A DNA stretch of 64,000 bases from a virus. Taxonomy: Duplodnaviria; Caudoviricetes. The stretch is from positions 3,429-67,428 of the IMG/VR virus record IMGVR_UViG_3300038379_000423; one strand, written 5' to 3'. The notes beneath the pieces were generated by a model. That model saw only the letters and a program-made list of their open reading frames with translations, ran no database searches and was not told where the DNA came from. Made by a program: the position numbers and the translations under genes. Of this stretch, positions 44,378-54,275 are shown one piece after another (position 1 is the first letter of the stretch; each line of letters opens with the position of its first letter).

Positions 44378-46810
44378 CTAACGCTTACGAAGAGCCCCGT
44401 AGTTGTTAAGCGATTGCCGGGATTTACCACCCGGGTCACTTAGTCTAGAGGCCATCATTGAGTCGATCATGTCTGGCAGATCGATCGTAACGTTCCCCGA
44501 AGTATCCTGGGAGACCTTAGTACTCTCAGGAACCTTGTTTATCACGATAGTAGGAGCCTGTGAGTTTTGAGCGCCTTTAGAAATAACTCTCTCACCTCTC
44601 TGTAAGATGGCTGGATACTCATCCTCGGAGAGTAACCCCGAATGAAGTCGGGGCGCCCCAGCGAATAAGCTGGCCGGGACAAATCTTTCGCGGGGATGAT
44701 CGTATCCAACAAGCCCGCCGAAGTGATACACTGGGGCCCCCACTCCAGCACCGGATGCATACGCAGACGAAGCCGGTGTTGCTACTCCGGCACCAGCGGC
44801 TCCAACAGGGGCGGTGGCAAACAAACCCCCCAGGCCCCGGATTGCTGCATCCACACCAATTCGAGCCAGTGCCTGGAACGCCGATGAGATAATCACCCTA
44901 GTGAAGGCTTGAATTACCTGCTCGGCAGTGACTTTAGCCCCTAGGGCAATATCCGTAAAGACATCGGCGAACGTGTCCCCAATTCTTTGAGCGATACCTT
45001 CAGCCGAGGCAACCAATGACTGAAATATCGGATCCATGTCCTTCGTGGCTTGGCTCCACTTCTCGTTAATCAAATCTATACCCAGAGCCGTTTCTTGCGC
45101 CGAAAGGCGGGCCTCCTTCGCTTGCTCTTTCCAGGCAGCAATATCGCGGTCTGCTCTCAACCGGTTTGCTTCCTCGATCTCCCCGGCGGCTTGCAAGGAG
45201 TCGGCTTTCATCAGTTGGAGAGCTTCCTGTGCCTCACGAAGGTTCTCCGCTCTTAGTTCTTTTATTTTCTTGAACTCTTGTTCGCCTTCGAATTGCATTT
45301 CTGGGGTGTATTCGTACCGGCGATCAAAGACAGAAGACTCGACCGACTTAATCCCGAAAGGCAACTCCATCGCTTCCCGATGGCGGCGCTCCGCTTCCCG
45401 ACGCCGCTCATCGGCCGCGCGCTTTTGCTCTGAAGCGGCTGCGTTAGCTTCGCGCTCGATTTCCCTTTCTCTTCTGTCTATCATCGCCCAGTAACTGTCG
45501 TCGTAGGGCCTTCCTTCGGGCTTGTAGCCGGCAAGAGGATCCTTCGCAAAAGGAGCCGAAAGAACCCCGAGCTCCCCTGCGTAACCAGATTCTTTTCCGT
45601 AGGCCTCGTACTCCGTACTGAGTCGATCTATCAACTTTCTGTCTTGACGGGCTGTAACTCCTGCAGTAAAGTACCCCCGCAATATCTCGGCAGGGGCATT
45701 CAGAAGTTCCCGTACATCGGGAGGAATTTGCCGGAGAAGGATTTCCCCGAGGGACGTGCCGCTTTCTAGTTCCTCGATTGCCATCGAGACAGCGCGGATA
45801 GAATTAGCGACGGATTGTACGCTCCCCGCAAATCCTTTAGAAGCCCCGATCTGAGAATCAAAAGTCCCTATTAAGTCTATCAGTGAATTCCCCAGTGCGG
45901 ATAAGGACCTGGATACGGTAATTTGCATCCTTTCGAATTCACCACGCAGTGTCCCGGACTGCGTCAGGATCGCCTCAAAGAACTGTCTAGATGTAATCTC
46001 CCCGGATATGATAGAATTCCTCAACTTAGCCACGGAGCCGTCCATACCTTCTATACCGTCTGCCGCCGCTTTGGCCAAGCGCGGCATACCTTCCAGCATG
46101 GAGTTGAATTCTTCGGCCCGGACTATGCCGGAACCCATTGCCTGTGACAACTGGAGCAATGCACCCTGGGCTTGGAGCGCGGATGTGCCACTAACTGTCA
46201 AAGATAAGGACACAGCCTGCACGAACTCTAAGAGTTCGGATTGTGAAGCTCCTAGGCTTCTAGCGGCCAAACCGGTTCTCGTATACAGTTGGCCCAGCGC
46301 TTCGATACCGGCGCCAGTTTCTATCGAAGCGGTTGCCAAAGCTTGGTATACGGACTGTAATTCCTGGCTGGACTCCGTAACGACCTTTAACCTGTTCTGC
46401 AAGATCGTGTAAGCGTCCGCTGCTCTGAGTAGCATCGCTGGAGTTTTGCTGATTGCCTCTATAGTTGTGGATATTCCAAAACCGGCCAACATACCACCGG
46501 CAATTGTTTTCATCATGCGCAAGCTATTGGCAGAGAGCCTGGCGCTATCAACCACTTGCCGGTGGGAGCTGATAATGTCTTTTGTGGTTTGTGACGTCGC
46601 ATTGGCCACGTGCCGGGTATTCTGTATTGCAGCATCGGCTATCTGCGCCGTAGCCGCGGTCGCCTGACCTGCCGTCTGTGCAGTAGAAGTAGAAAATTGC
46701 CGGCCAGAATCGGCAATCCTCTTCATCGCCTGCTCAAATTCGCGCGCGCCGGCTTGCGCACCACGGGCGTCAATTGCTAGACTTAATGTGGGGCCTACAA
46801 TAGTAGTCAT
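44378..46810 (-). CDS. Tape measure protein
   Basis: 810 aa Ala-rich; tape-measure domain ADAYT..QNRL...QLSQA.GSG..RAEEFNSMLE; C-terminal LHSG...E.PAILQRGERV. Confidence 0.95.
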   Translation of the reverse strand: MTTIVGPTLSLAIDARGAQAGAREFEQAMKRIADSGRQFSTSTAQTAGQATAATAQIADAAIQNTRHVANATSQTTKDIISSHRQVVDSARLSANSLRMMKTIAGGMLAGFGISTTIEAISKTPAMLLRAADAYTILQNRLKVVTESSQELQSVYQALATASIETGAGIEALGQLYTRTGLAARSLGASQSELLEFVQAVSLSLTVSGTSALQAQGALLQLSQAMGSGIVRAEEFNSMLEGMPRLAKAAADGIEGMDGSVAKLRNSIISGEITSRQFFEAILTQSGTLRGEFERMQITVSRSLSALGNSLIDLIGTFDSQIGASKGFAGSVQSVANSIRAVSMAIEELESGTSLGEILLRQIPPDVRELLNAPAEILRGYFTAGVTARQDRKLIDRLSTEYEAYGKESGYAGELGVLSAPFAKDPLAGYKPEGRPYDDSYWAMIDRREREIEREANAAASEQKRAADERRREAERRHREAMELPFGIKSVESSVFDRRYEYTPEMQFEGEQEFKKIKELRAENLREAQEALQLMKADSLQAAGEIEEANRLRADRDIAAWKEQAKEARLSAQETALGIDLINEKWSQATKDMDPIFQSLVASAEGIAQRIGDTFADVFTDIALGAKVTAEQVIQAFTRVIISSAFQALARIGVDAAIRGLGGLFATAPVGAAGAGVATPASSAYASGAGVGAPVYHFGGLVGYDHPRERFVPASLFAGAPRLHSGLLSEDEYPAILQRGERVISKGAQNSQAPTIVINKVPESTKVSQDTSGNVTIDLPDMIDSMMASRLSDPGGKSRQSLNNYGALRKR

Positions 46811-47145
46811 GCCGAACCCTTCGCCTTCGATTCAATCAGTTCTGCCAACTTGGCATCAAGAGCTTTGCATGCTGCGACCAGATCATCAAACGTGCTTTCA
46901 GAAAGCCCGTAATGGTACGCGTACATCTGGATCGCCGTCCAGGGGATCTGGGCTGTGCCACTCCAACTCTGTGACCTGCACGAATTAAGTGCCAGCCAAG
47001 CGTCCCAGAGAAAGGCCCCGTACGGGCTAAGCACCGGGTCTCTTGCTACGAAGGCCGGAGGAGGATGGCCAGCGCGCCAAGCGGCTAGGCAAATTTTCCC
47101 GGCCTTATCGCCCCACTCATGAACCCAAGTGAGGCGGTCCGTCAG
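46807..47145 (-). CDS. Tail assembly chaperone C-terminal extension (gpT-like), reached by -1 frameshift
   Basis: The -1 frame is open from the slippery site to 46807; W.A..AL.S.R...G...IPW.AI..YA motif. Confidence 0.8.
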   Translation of the reverse strand: MTDRLTWVHEWGDKAGKICLAAWRAGHPPPAFVARDPVLSPYGAFLWDAWLALNSCRSQSWSGTAQIPWTAIQMYAYHYGLSESTFDDLVAACKALDAKLAELIESKAKGSA

Positions 47146-47525
47146 TTTTTTATCAGGTCGTCCTGGTAGCCATCGGGTTGTGACGCTTGTACGATAACCC
47201 AGTCGACGAACGGCCGGTTGTCTTCGTTATCCAGCACTCTACGGAGCATCTCAGTAGAGAATTCGATGGGATTGCCATCTACGTCAATAACGCCCCGCCA
47301 GCCGACGATTACAGACTCCGCCGTTATTCTTCGTGAAACTTCCTCGTAAGCAACGGGGTCCTTGTTGAGCCCCATTATCAAGTGGCGCCTCTGAATGACC
47401 TGCGCGCGATGTGCCTTTGATAGGATCGACCGGAGTTGAACCGCAAATCCAAACGGCGTGTCAACCCAAATTCCCTCATCGGCGGTCTTCGAGTTAAAGG
47501 AGGCCCCTTTATTTCCGAGTTTCAT
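47142..47525 (-). CDS. Tail assembly chaperone (gpG-like)
   Basis: DEGIWV, IVGWRGV.D.DG..IEFS; upstream of the tape measure gene. Confidence 0.85.
   Translation of the reverse strand: MKLGNKGASFNSKTADEGIWVDTPFGFAVQLRSILSKAHRAQVIQRRHLIMGLNKDPVAYEEVSRRITAESVIVGWRGVIDVDGNPIEFSTEMLRRVLDNEDNRPFVDWVIVQASQPDGYQDDLIKN
47145..47151 (-). promoter_or_regulatory. -1 ribosomal frameshift slippery heptamer A AAA AAC
   Basis: ATA AAA AAC TGA at the end of the chaperone gene; -1 frame continues KLTDRLTWVHEW... Confidence 0.85.
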
Positions 47526-47998
47526 GATGTAGCACTCTCCGAGCTTTCGCTCATAGCATCACCAAATTGCAGCATATTCGTAATCCTTTTAGTACGCCTA
47601 GGGCCTACATCTTTAGCCCATTTGCTATTCCGGAAGCCAGCCGCGGCGGCCTCATAATCCCCGCGTTGTAGGGCCGGCAACGCATTACGGAAACTCAGGA
47701 GGCCGCGGGACGAGGATCCGATACCCATGTTAAAGGCGAGCTCGACTAACGCCCGCTGCCGGACTACATCCAGGTTAGCCCACCATGGAAGATGAGTATT
47801 CAAGCCCTCAACCGCTCTGAGAATGTCATTCTTCTTGAGGTATTCGGCCTCATCGCGGTTAATCCCTACCGCATCCAAATTCCTACCGTAACCGATCGTT
47901 AGCTTATTTTTCGTATCACGATACGGGCGGGACCGGAAACCCTCTGCCTCGGATAGATCCTCCAGTAGTCGAACGTCCTTGGTCCAATCGGCAGTCAT
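47522..47998 (-). CDS. Endolysin (T4 lysozyme/GH24-like)
   Basis: EGFR..PYRDT...LTIGYGRNL (E-x8-D-x5-T catalytic pattern), ELAFNMG, SKWA..VG.RR. Confidence 0.9.
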   Translation of the reverse strand: MTADWTKDVRLLEDLSEAEGFRSRPYRDTKNKLTIGYGRNLDAVGINRDEAEYLKKNDILRAVEGLNTHLPWWANLDVVRQRALVELAFNMGIGSSSRGLLSFRNALPALQRGDYEAAAAGFRNSKWAKDVGPRRTKRITNMLQFGDAMSESSESATS

Positions 47999-48003
47999 AA
48001 GGA

Positions 48004-48237
48004 TTACTCCTGTGGCTCGGTATTAGCTGGGGCCACATAAGTCCCGATCAGGCCCCCGAGAGCGGTGATCGTGGAAGCAAGTACCATTGCGAAGTTCTGG
48101 CTACTCCAGATATCCGCCCAACTCGGCACAACCTTAATCAGAACCTCAATTAGGAACGCCGCGAACGGCACCGAGCTAACTCCACCGATAACGCCACCGG
48201 CGGCCGAACCCTTCAACTTGCTGTAATTGGTAGCCAT
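48004..48237 (-). CDS. Holin-like two-TM protein
   Basis: Two hydrophobic helices; immediately upstream of the endolysin. Confidence 0.6.
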   Translation of the reverse strand: MATNYSKLKGSAAGGVIGGVSSVPFAAFLIEVLIKVVPSWADIWSSQNFAMVLASTITALGGLIGTYVAPANTEPQE

Positions 48238-48254
48238 TAGATCTCACTCCACTT

Positions 48255-48551
48255 TTAAGCTGGTACACGGTCGCTTACATCTACCACCACGGTAAATACG
48301 GACGACGAACCATCAGCAAAAGTAACTCTGTTTTCCACGTAATGCTTTGTGTTGTCAGTGCCCCCAGTAATGAGTACAGAGGCAACGCCATTCTGGATAG
48401 TGTCCCCGGATAGTGTTACGGTGCCCGAGGCCACCACCCAAGTGGAGATCGACACAGTCGTCCCTAAATCAGCAAGATAGCCTGACCAATCGACAAGGAT
48501 GCGGGAGATAGCCCAAGGATGTTTTTTGAATATCCCGAAATCTGCAGCCAT
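48255..48551 (-). CDS. Small Ig-like virion protein
   Basis: F.K.P......DW..YL...STW...V.ITGG...NRVT..DG pattern; paralogous to the N-terminus of 55838-56668. Confidence 0.65.
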   Translation of the reverse strand: MAADFGIFKKHPWAISRILVDWSGYLADLGTTVSISTWVVASGTVTLSGDTIQNGVASVLITGGTDNTKHYVENRVTFADGSSSVFTVVVDVSDRVPA

Positions 48552-48583
48552 TCTAAAACATCCTTATCTTGACAAATTACTGG

Positions 48584-48820
48584 TTACGGCCAAAGGTCCT
48601 TCTTTGTGACGGTAACCAAGGGTGTTCCTTCGTAGAGGGATACGTACACTCGCACGCCCTCCATCTCCAGGACAAGAGTGTCTGCACAACCCTTTGACTC
48701 CGAAGCGCCTACCTGCAGCCTTACTCCTCGCCGGCGCCATCTACCGGCGTCGGCATCGGCCATAACCAGCACGCCATGAATAGTGTCCAGCTGCCTTTCG
48801 TCTTCCGGAAGTAGATACAC
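48584..48820 (-). CDS. Hypothetical protein
   Basis: 78 aa in the operon. Confidence 0.55.
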   Translation of the reverse strand: MYLLPEDERQLDTIHGVLVMADADAGRWRRRGVRLQVGASESKGCADTLVLEMEGVRVYVSLYEGTPLVTVTKKDLWP

Positions 48821-48823
48821 AGC

Positions 48824-49357
48824 TTAAATCTCGTCCCAGGCAAAAGTAATCGTCTCCGCCGTTTTTAGGCCCTGACTCGCCGTCGGCTCCACTTCGACGA
48901 CTAGTACCAGATAGTCGCCAATATCCTTCGGCAATCCAGTGCTATCGAACGGGCCTGTATTAATTGCGTCGAGGTCCGCCGGAGAGCCAGAAGTCTTCGC
49001 AAAGAAGTCGGTCATGCCGACCGCGTCGTGCTGCGGAGGATCGTTGGACTCAGTAGGGACCGCCGGCGTGCTGTAGGTGCCATCCAGAGCGTGCCACAAC
49101 TTAATTCCGGTGCCGTAACCATTGCTTCCATCCGTATAGGCACGCAGGTTGCTTATCTGCGTGAACGTGCCGGATGCTATATGAAGTCTCAACCATTTCT
49201 CAAAACTGTACTCTTGCCCGGACCCAGGAACAATGAGCGGGTTATTAAGGTCGACGGTAGAATTGTCCGCATCTTTGAAACGCACCGTACCGGAAGTCTT
49301 GTCGGTAGCAGTTTGGCCAGCGCCATTCTTTTCCCGTATCTGTACTGTAGCCGCCAT
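48824..49357 (-). CDS. Beta-rich virion-associated protein
   Basis: 177 aa; YSFEKWLRL, ISNLRAY, C-terminal ETITFAWDEI. Confidence 0.65.
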   Translation of the reverse strand: MAATVQIREKNGAGQTATDKTSGTVRFKDADNSTVDLNNPLIVPGSGQEYSFEKWLRLHIASGTFTQISNLRAYTDGSNGYGTGIKLWHALDGTYSTPAVPTESNDPPQHDAVGMTDFFAKTSGSPADLDAINTGPFDSTGLPKDIGDYLVLVVEVEPTASQGLKTAETITFAWDEI

Positions 49358-49366
49358 AACATCACC

Positions 49367-51874
49367 TCATCGTTTAGTAAACCGTGGCCCCATTCGTCCG
49401 ATAGAAAATAATGGACCCCTGTAAGTAACAGTGAAACGCCCTCCGACTTGTTCTCCAGAAAACGACGAATCCGTGTAAGTGGTTGCAAATCTGTCTACTT
49501 CGGGCACGAAGACCTTATGTTGCGAGATCTCCCCGCTAAACACTAGGAGATCTACTGTAGTCGCGCGTTGTATAAATGCCAGGATAGCGAAATCGTTACT
49601 GACAGTTACTAGGGAAGAAAGGGCCACCGCCAATTCAAGGCCGCATGTCAACAACTCGATCTTGTAAAGCACCAGATCACAAAGGGCATATTGAAACTTA
49701 CCCAACTGCACTGCTATCTCAGACAAAAATGAGGTTGTCACTTCGTCTAATACCGCCAAGTCTCCAGCAACCGGGGTTGACGTAGTAATCGCCAGTGCGG
49801 TATCAACCCCAGCCTGCGCCTGCCGCGGCACTTGAACAGTCAGATCAGCAAAGGCTGAGGAGACCAGCGTAGCCTGCGCAGCGAGGTCCGCCACAGCTAG
49901 TACAGCAAGCTGTCCGGTGTAGACGTAGATATCGAGGAAGGCCGAGGCCCCCGTAATTTTCTGCACCGGTAGATCCAACTGTGCTGGAACCGACTGAAAA
50001 GTCGAAATCGCCAAGGAGGTCTGTACCAAATCAAGAATGGTTTTCCTTGCTGGAAGATCGAAACCGACCAACCCTGATCTTTGAGCTTGTATAGCTAGGT
50101 CCGAACTTAGTTGCTCGAGCCTAGGCAGAGCGAGTGCTAAATCGAGGGAGATTTGCTCATCGTTCAATATCGAAATCGCTAGATCTACCGTAGCCACGAC
50201 CGCTAAGCCGCCGCCTACTAATAGGTCAGCAACCAGCGAAGCACCTAAACTAGCCTGAACTGCGAGCTGTCCTGAAACTGCTATGGAGGACAGTATCTGA
50301 ACAGCCAGCTCAACTTGCCCGGCGATGGCTCTGGCCGCCTGAATTGCCGGTGCAGCGTTTGTAACGGCCTCTATTGTCTTCCTGGATACCAAGTCAGCCG
50401 TTAACGAAACATTGAAACCAGCGACCGCCATAAAATCGAGTAAGCAAGTACGGGTCTCAAGAAATGCCGAAGCTAGATCCGCCCCGGTTTGGGAAGATAC
50501 CAAGCGCTGCACGGCAACATTCAAAGCACTACTTGCACTGACAAGAGCCTGCGCCGTCAAATCAGCCGAAACGTTGAACTCCTGCCTCTTCAGAAGGGCC
50601 AGGTCTGTAGAAAGCGTGGACACGCCGGCCAACGCTGCCACCAGATCTGCCGCGACTTGCTGTGCCCGTTGTGTAACGAGCGCTATGTCTACCCCGGTCA
50701 CCAATCCTGTCGAGATATAGGCAGCCAGCTCCGCCAAGCAACTGTTAGCTCTTGCGAACAACACCGGCAAATCCGCGCTAGTCTGTGCGAGCAGCGTTTG
50801 CCGAACGGCGAGGTCGGATTGTGTGGCGGCGGAGAGGACCTTCTGAGACAATAGATCGAGGTCCGATAGTGCTAAAAACACCTTGGCTAGAACACTGTCT
50901 CCGGCAGTCGTGTTCTGAAGGTTTTTCTGTGACGCCACATCTCCTGACAAATTGGCGGCAATTTGCTTCTGCACCGCCGGGTTAGCCCCCGTGGCGCTAA
51001 GAATTTCTCTTTGAATTGCCAATTCAGCGGCGGTACTCTGCGCAACTGCAAGCGCTACTGCCAAATCATTACTCAAACTCCCGGTAAGTGATTTTTGAGC
51101 GGCTAGGTCGACATTAGTACTGGTTGTGATAGACTTCTGAACGGCTACGGCAGCCGAAACCGTCTGTGTAAAAGTTTGGGCTGTTGCTGTTGATACTAGA
51201 GCAAAACCTATCGATGTCCAGTGCGCCGATGTCGTCTGTGTGAACGACTGGCTACCTCCGGAGATCGTGACGTCGGTTGCCAAAAGCGCGACTTGGACAT
51301 TAAGTGTGCCGTCGCCCCCAACGGTTGTATTGGAATTCGACACCTCGATCCAGTCCCCGTTGCTCTCGCCGGTGAAGGAGCCGAACGTCGCATCCGACGA
51401 CGCAAATCCTGTTAGACACACCGCAAGCCGCCCTGCCCCGTCCGGATTAACGGAAGGCGGCGAAACCGTAGTCGTTGTTCCGGATGCGGAGTTGACTCCC
51501 TCGATATACGTCCCAGTGAATGCCTGGTTGTCGGCCGGCCGGAAGATGTGGATCTGCGCAGCGAATAGGTCAGCTGTCGTTCCCCCGCTGGCCGTAACCG
51601 ACAGCGTACCACTCTCCGAGCCGGTTGCAATCTTGGTGTAGATTTGCTGTCGCGCGTTGTTGCTGCCACCGTACGGATTGCCGGAAAATGATGCCTCGGA
51701 GAATCCAGTTGGCGTTGTCGTGTCACCGTTGTTATTGGTGTTCCGGGTCAGGCATTGAAGGACCAGAAGATCGCCGGCCAGGATCCCGAACGGGTACGAC
51801 ACTGAGTGCGAAGTCGGCAGTGTCGCGTTAGCGTAGAGCGTGCCAGAACTGACGTACTCAGGATTAGCTGACAT
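49367..51874 (-). CDS. Large virion-associated protein: N-terminal beta domain plus about 39 copies of a 14-aa repeat
   Basis: AGDLLVL N-terminal domain; xxxxxxxDLAVQKx periodicity from about 51180 to 49540. Confidence 0.8.
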   Translation of the reverse strand: MSANPEYVSSGTLYANATLPTSHSVSYPFGILAGDLLVLQCLTRNTNNNGDTTTPTGFSEASFSGNPYGGSNNARQQIYTKIATGSESGTLSVTASGGTTADLFAAQIHIFRPADNQAFTGTYIEGVNSASGTTTTVSPPSVNPDGAGRLAVCLTGFASSDATFGSFTGESNGDWIEVSNSNTTVGGDGTLNVQVALLATDVTISGGSQSFTQTTSAHWTSIGFALVSTATAQTFTQTVSAAVAVQKSITTSTNVDLAAQKSLTGSLSNDLAVALAVAQSTAAELAIQREILSATGANPAVQKQIAANLSGDVASQKNLQNTTAGDSVLAKVFLALSDLDLLSQKVLSAATQSDLAVRQTLLAQTSADLPVLFARANSCLAELAAYISTGLVTGVDIALVTQRAQQVAADLVAALAGVSTLSTDLALLKRQEFNVSADLTAQALVSASSALNVAVQRLVSSQTGADLASAFLETRTCLLDFMAVAGFNVSLTADLVSRKTIEAVTNAAPAIQAARAIAGQVELAVQILSSIAVSGQLAVQASLGASLVADLLVGGGLAVVATVDLAISILNDEQISLDLALALPRLEQLSSDLAIQAQRSGLVGFDLPARKTILDLVQTSLAISTFQSVPAQLDLPVQKITGASAFLDIYVYTGQLAVLAVADLAAQATLVSSAFADLTVQVPRQAQAGVDTALAITTSTPVAGDLAVLDEVTTSFLSEIAVQLGKFQYALCDLVLYKIELLTCGLELAVALSSLVTVSNDFAILAFIQRATTVDLLVFSGEISQHKVFVPEVDRFATTYTDSSFSGEQVGGRFTVTYRGPLFSIGRMGPRFTKR

Positions 51875-52224
51875 ACATTATCCCCGATAAAGTCGTCTGC
51901 CGCCGTAGTAGTCGGGCTTGCACTTCCGAGAACACAGAATCCGACCCGTCCGGATGTAATAGTCGTGTCAACAAAATCAAGGTCTGTGTCTTCGACGCCA
52001 TCTATATAAACACGAATCTGACTTCCGACAATCGCGATACTCAGCGGCTGTCCGTCCGATATAACCTCAGGACGTGACAACGTCGGGTATGATAGCGATC
52101 CAGATACATTTTTTACGGTTGGTACCAGTCCGCCTGATCCGACATACGCACCATAATACGTGGCCGTATCGGAATTGATTAGGCGGACGGCCGGCCCGAG
52201 CTATCCCTCCCCGAGGACGGACAT
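51875..52224 (-). pseudogene. Degenerate ConA-like beta-sandwich gene remnant
   Basis: ATG 52224, in-frame TAG 52203-52201, then GPAVRL..YY...IRVYIDG...TSGRVGF...DDF; lacks a proper stop and runs out of frame into the next gene. Confidence 0.55.
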
Positions 52225-52230
52225 CGGGAC

Positions 52231-52389
52231 CTACGCCTGCTGATCGTCGTCCGGGGCATCCGTCGCCCACCGGTACCCACACTCGCCGGTTGTCTTTGCG
52301 ACCTCTGCTTCGTTCTCGGGGTCAGCAATCCTGCGGCGTAACTTCCGGATGAGATCCCATAATGGGATCTCCCGCAAATTAGTTACCAT
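52231..52389 (-). CDS. Hypothetical protein (52 aa)
   Basis: ATG overlaps the tail tube stop (TGATG). Confidence 0.45.
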   Translation of the reverse strand: MVTNLREIPLWDLIRKLRRRIADPENEAEVAKTTGECGYRWATDAPDDDQQA

Positions 52390-53855
52390 CACTCGAAATA
52401 CGCGAAGCGATCGACTTGGAACGACGTTCCGAGCGCGGTGTCGTAAAGTGCCGTCCAAGTAGCGGTAAGCATCACGTCCCGGTTATTGCCTCCAACCTGC
52501 GGGCTGGGGGCCGTCAATTTCACCTTTGGTGCATAAAAGACGTAACCCTGGCCGTTCTTCTCTACCCAAGCCGCGATACTGGTGTTAGTATCGTTGATGA
52601 ACTTACTGTAGATCGCGGCATCCCCAAAGTACGTCTCTAGCTGACCGGAGATGTTTGCCTGGCCCAAACCGACGCGGACGGCACTATTCTGCCCGATCGC
52701 AAAGTTATGGCGCAGGTTGTTAGTCAACTCCACCGTCCAGTTAGTAACATAATTGGGGCTGGTAACAATTGCTCCACCTTCCGCAAGGAGACTAACGTTA
52801 TCAATGGCGTTCAGCAGTTGTTCTGAACCGACGGATGTAGGAGTGCTATCAAGCGAAGTAGTAGTAGGCACCGCCAAATCTTCGCCCAGGAATGCAAGGC
52901 TGCCGCGGAGCAATTCCCCCAGTGCAAAGTCCAGGGAAAGTCGGTCCACCATCATCCCCGTGTAAATGAGGTAATTGGGAACGGCCTGGCCAAGGAAGCC
53001 CTTCTCCACTGTGAAGGAGCGTCTGTTGTTAGAAGACGCCGTACCGACACGGCAGTAATCACCAACCCAGACCTTTATTGTCTTGCCGGTGCCGGCATCG
53101 GTGGTCCAACCGGTAGGCTTATGGTCTAACGTAAGGGCGTTGGCAGAAATTGCTGAAATCCTGGCACGGCCATTGAGCGCGGCCGTGGCGAACTTATCGG
53201 CCGTAGCAGTACCGCCAATCTTAAGCCATTGTCCGACGGCGAGACCAAGAGTGGTGAAGTCGAGCACCGTCGAAGCCAAGCCGCCAGCAGTAGCAGTAAT
53301 GTCTCCGGACGCACCCTGGAACCCAACTACCTGTATCTTTGCAGTCCCTGGAGGAGCCGACTCATTTGTCAGTGTAGGCGTGCCGGCCACAACAATGGTT
53401 GTCGTAGTGGACGATCCTACTCTGAAGATGCCGTTATTGGCGGCGTTAGTAAATCCCGTAGTATAGATAAGATGCCCGGCTTTAAAACTGTCGCCGCCGG
53501 AGACCACCGTAAAAGTATCGGTCGCGTCCGCTACATCAGTGATTACACTGTCGGCAACTCCGGCGTTAGCGCGAACCGGCATGGCAGTCCAAGCCTTGAA
53601 CAATGCCGCCGAGATAAAGTCGTCGTAAGTCCCGTAGGACAGAGCAATCTGCAGTTCTCCGGCCGCCCGACGAAGGGTCTGAGTCAAGTCCAGAGTCTGT
53701 CGGGTATCCGTAATCTCCGGACTCGTGATAGTATCTACGGTACGAGACAATGTCTCGGACACGTACCGGAGAGACTGCATCTGAGGGCTGCCAGGAGTTA
53801 CACCCCAAGCCTGTTCTTCAATGTAAGTAAGACGGGTCAAACTACTTTCGGACAT
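52389..53855 (-). CDS. Major tail tube protein with inserted domain
   Basis: L.YIEE..WGVTP...LRY.SETL...S.EI..R pattern; FTVEKGF; G...ISGQLETYF. Confidence 0.88.
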   Translation of the reverse strand: MSESSLTRLTYIEEQAWGVTPGSPQMQSLRYVSETLSRTVDTITSPEITDTRQTLDLTQTLRRAAGELQIALSYGTYDDFISAALFKAWTAMPVRANAGVADSVITDVADATDTFTVVSGGDSFKAGHLIYTTGFTNAANNGIFRVGSSTTTTIVVAGTPTLTNESAPPGTAKIQVVGFQGASGDITATAGGLASTVLDFTTLGLAVGQWLKIGGTATADKFATAALNGRARISAISANALTLDHKPTGWTTDAGTGKTIKVWVGDYCRVGTASSNNRRSFTVEKGFLGQAVPNYLIYTGMMVDRLSLDFALGELLRGSLAFLGEDLAVPTTTSLDSTPTSVGSEQLLNAIDNVSLLAEGGAIVTSPNYVTNWTVELTNNLRHNFAIGQNSAVRVGLGQANISGQLETYFGDAAIYSKFINDTNTSIAAWVEKNGQGYVFYAPKVKLTAPSPQVGGNNRDVMLTATWTALYDTALGTSFQVDRFAYFE

Positions 53856-53867
53856 GGCAACTTTCCT

Positions 53868-54275
53868 TTACATCCAACGGGCATTAACTACTACATCAAA
53901 ATAGTACGGGCACCAAAGATTCAACTGCCACCAACCCTCCTCAACCCATCCCGTAGTTGATTCATATGGCACCTGGAACCACACGCCATCAATCTTACGT
54001 TTTTCGAGAAGTTGCCTAGCTTGGTCGACCAGCCAATATCCCCGCATTGAACCAGCAATGGCCGGTACGAACACCTGAACGAATACCAACCCAGTATGCC
54101 TTACGATTATTTGTGGCCCCAAGGTCTTCTGTTCAGACGAAGTAGGTTGTGTACCTACACGAATAAACTCTACCCCAGCCTGCGGTTGGTAGCCGTTATT
54201 ACTGTAGGCCACCTCAGTATGTGTCCAATTACTCTCAAACAGGGATTGTACGATCCCTTCCACCACGACACTCAT
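53868..54275 (-). CDS. Tail terminator protein
   Basis: W..T.VAY.N...P....FIRV...G.V.VQVFVP; start at ATG 54275 overlapping the upstream stop. Confidence 0.8.
   Translation of the reverse strand: MSVVVEGIVQSLFESNWTHTEVAYSNNGYQPQAGVEFIRVGTQPTSSEQKTLGPQIIVRHTGLVFVQVFVPAIAGSMRGYWLVDQARQLLEKRKIDGVWFQVPYESTTGWVEEGWWQLNLWCPYYFDVVVNARWM

Noticed and set aside
52201-52203. Genome-wide TAG reassignment (alternative genetic code)
   Set aside because: Conserved genes are full length without internal TAG, and several end cleanly at TAG next to the following start.
53229-53960. 243-aa plus-strand ORF
   Set aside because: Antisense to the tail tube gene; no recognisable features.
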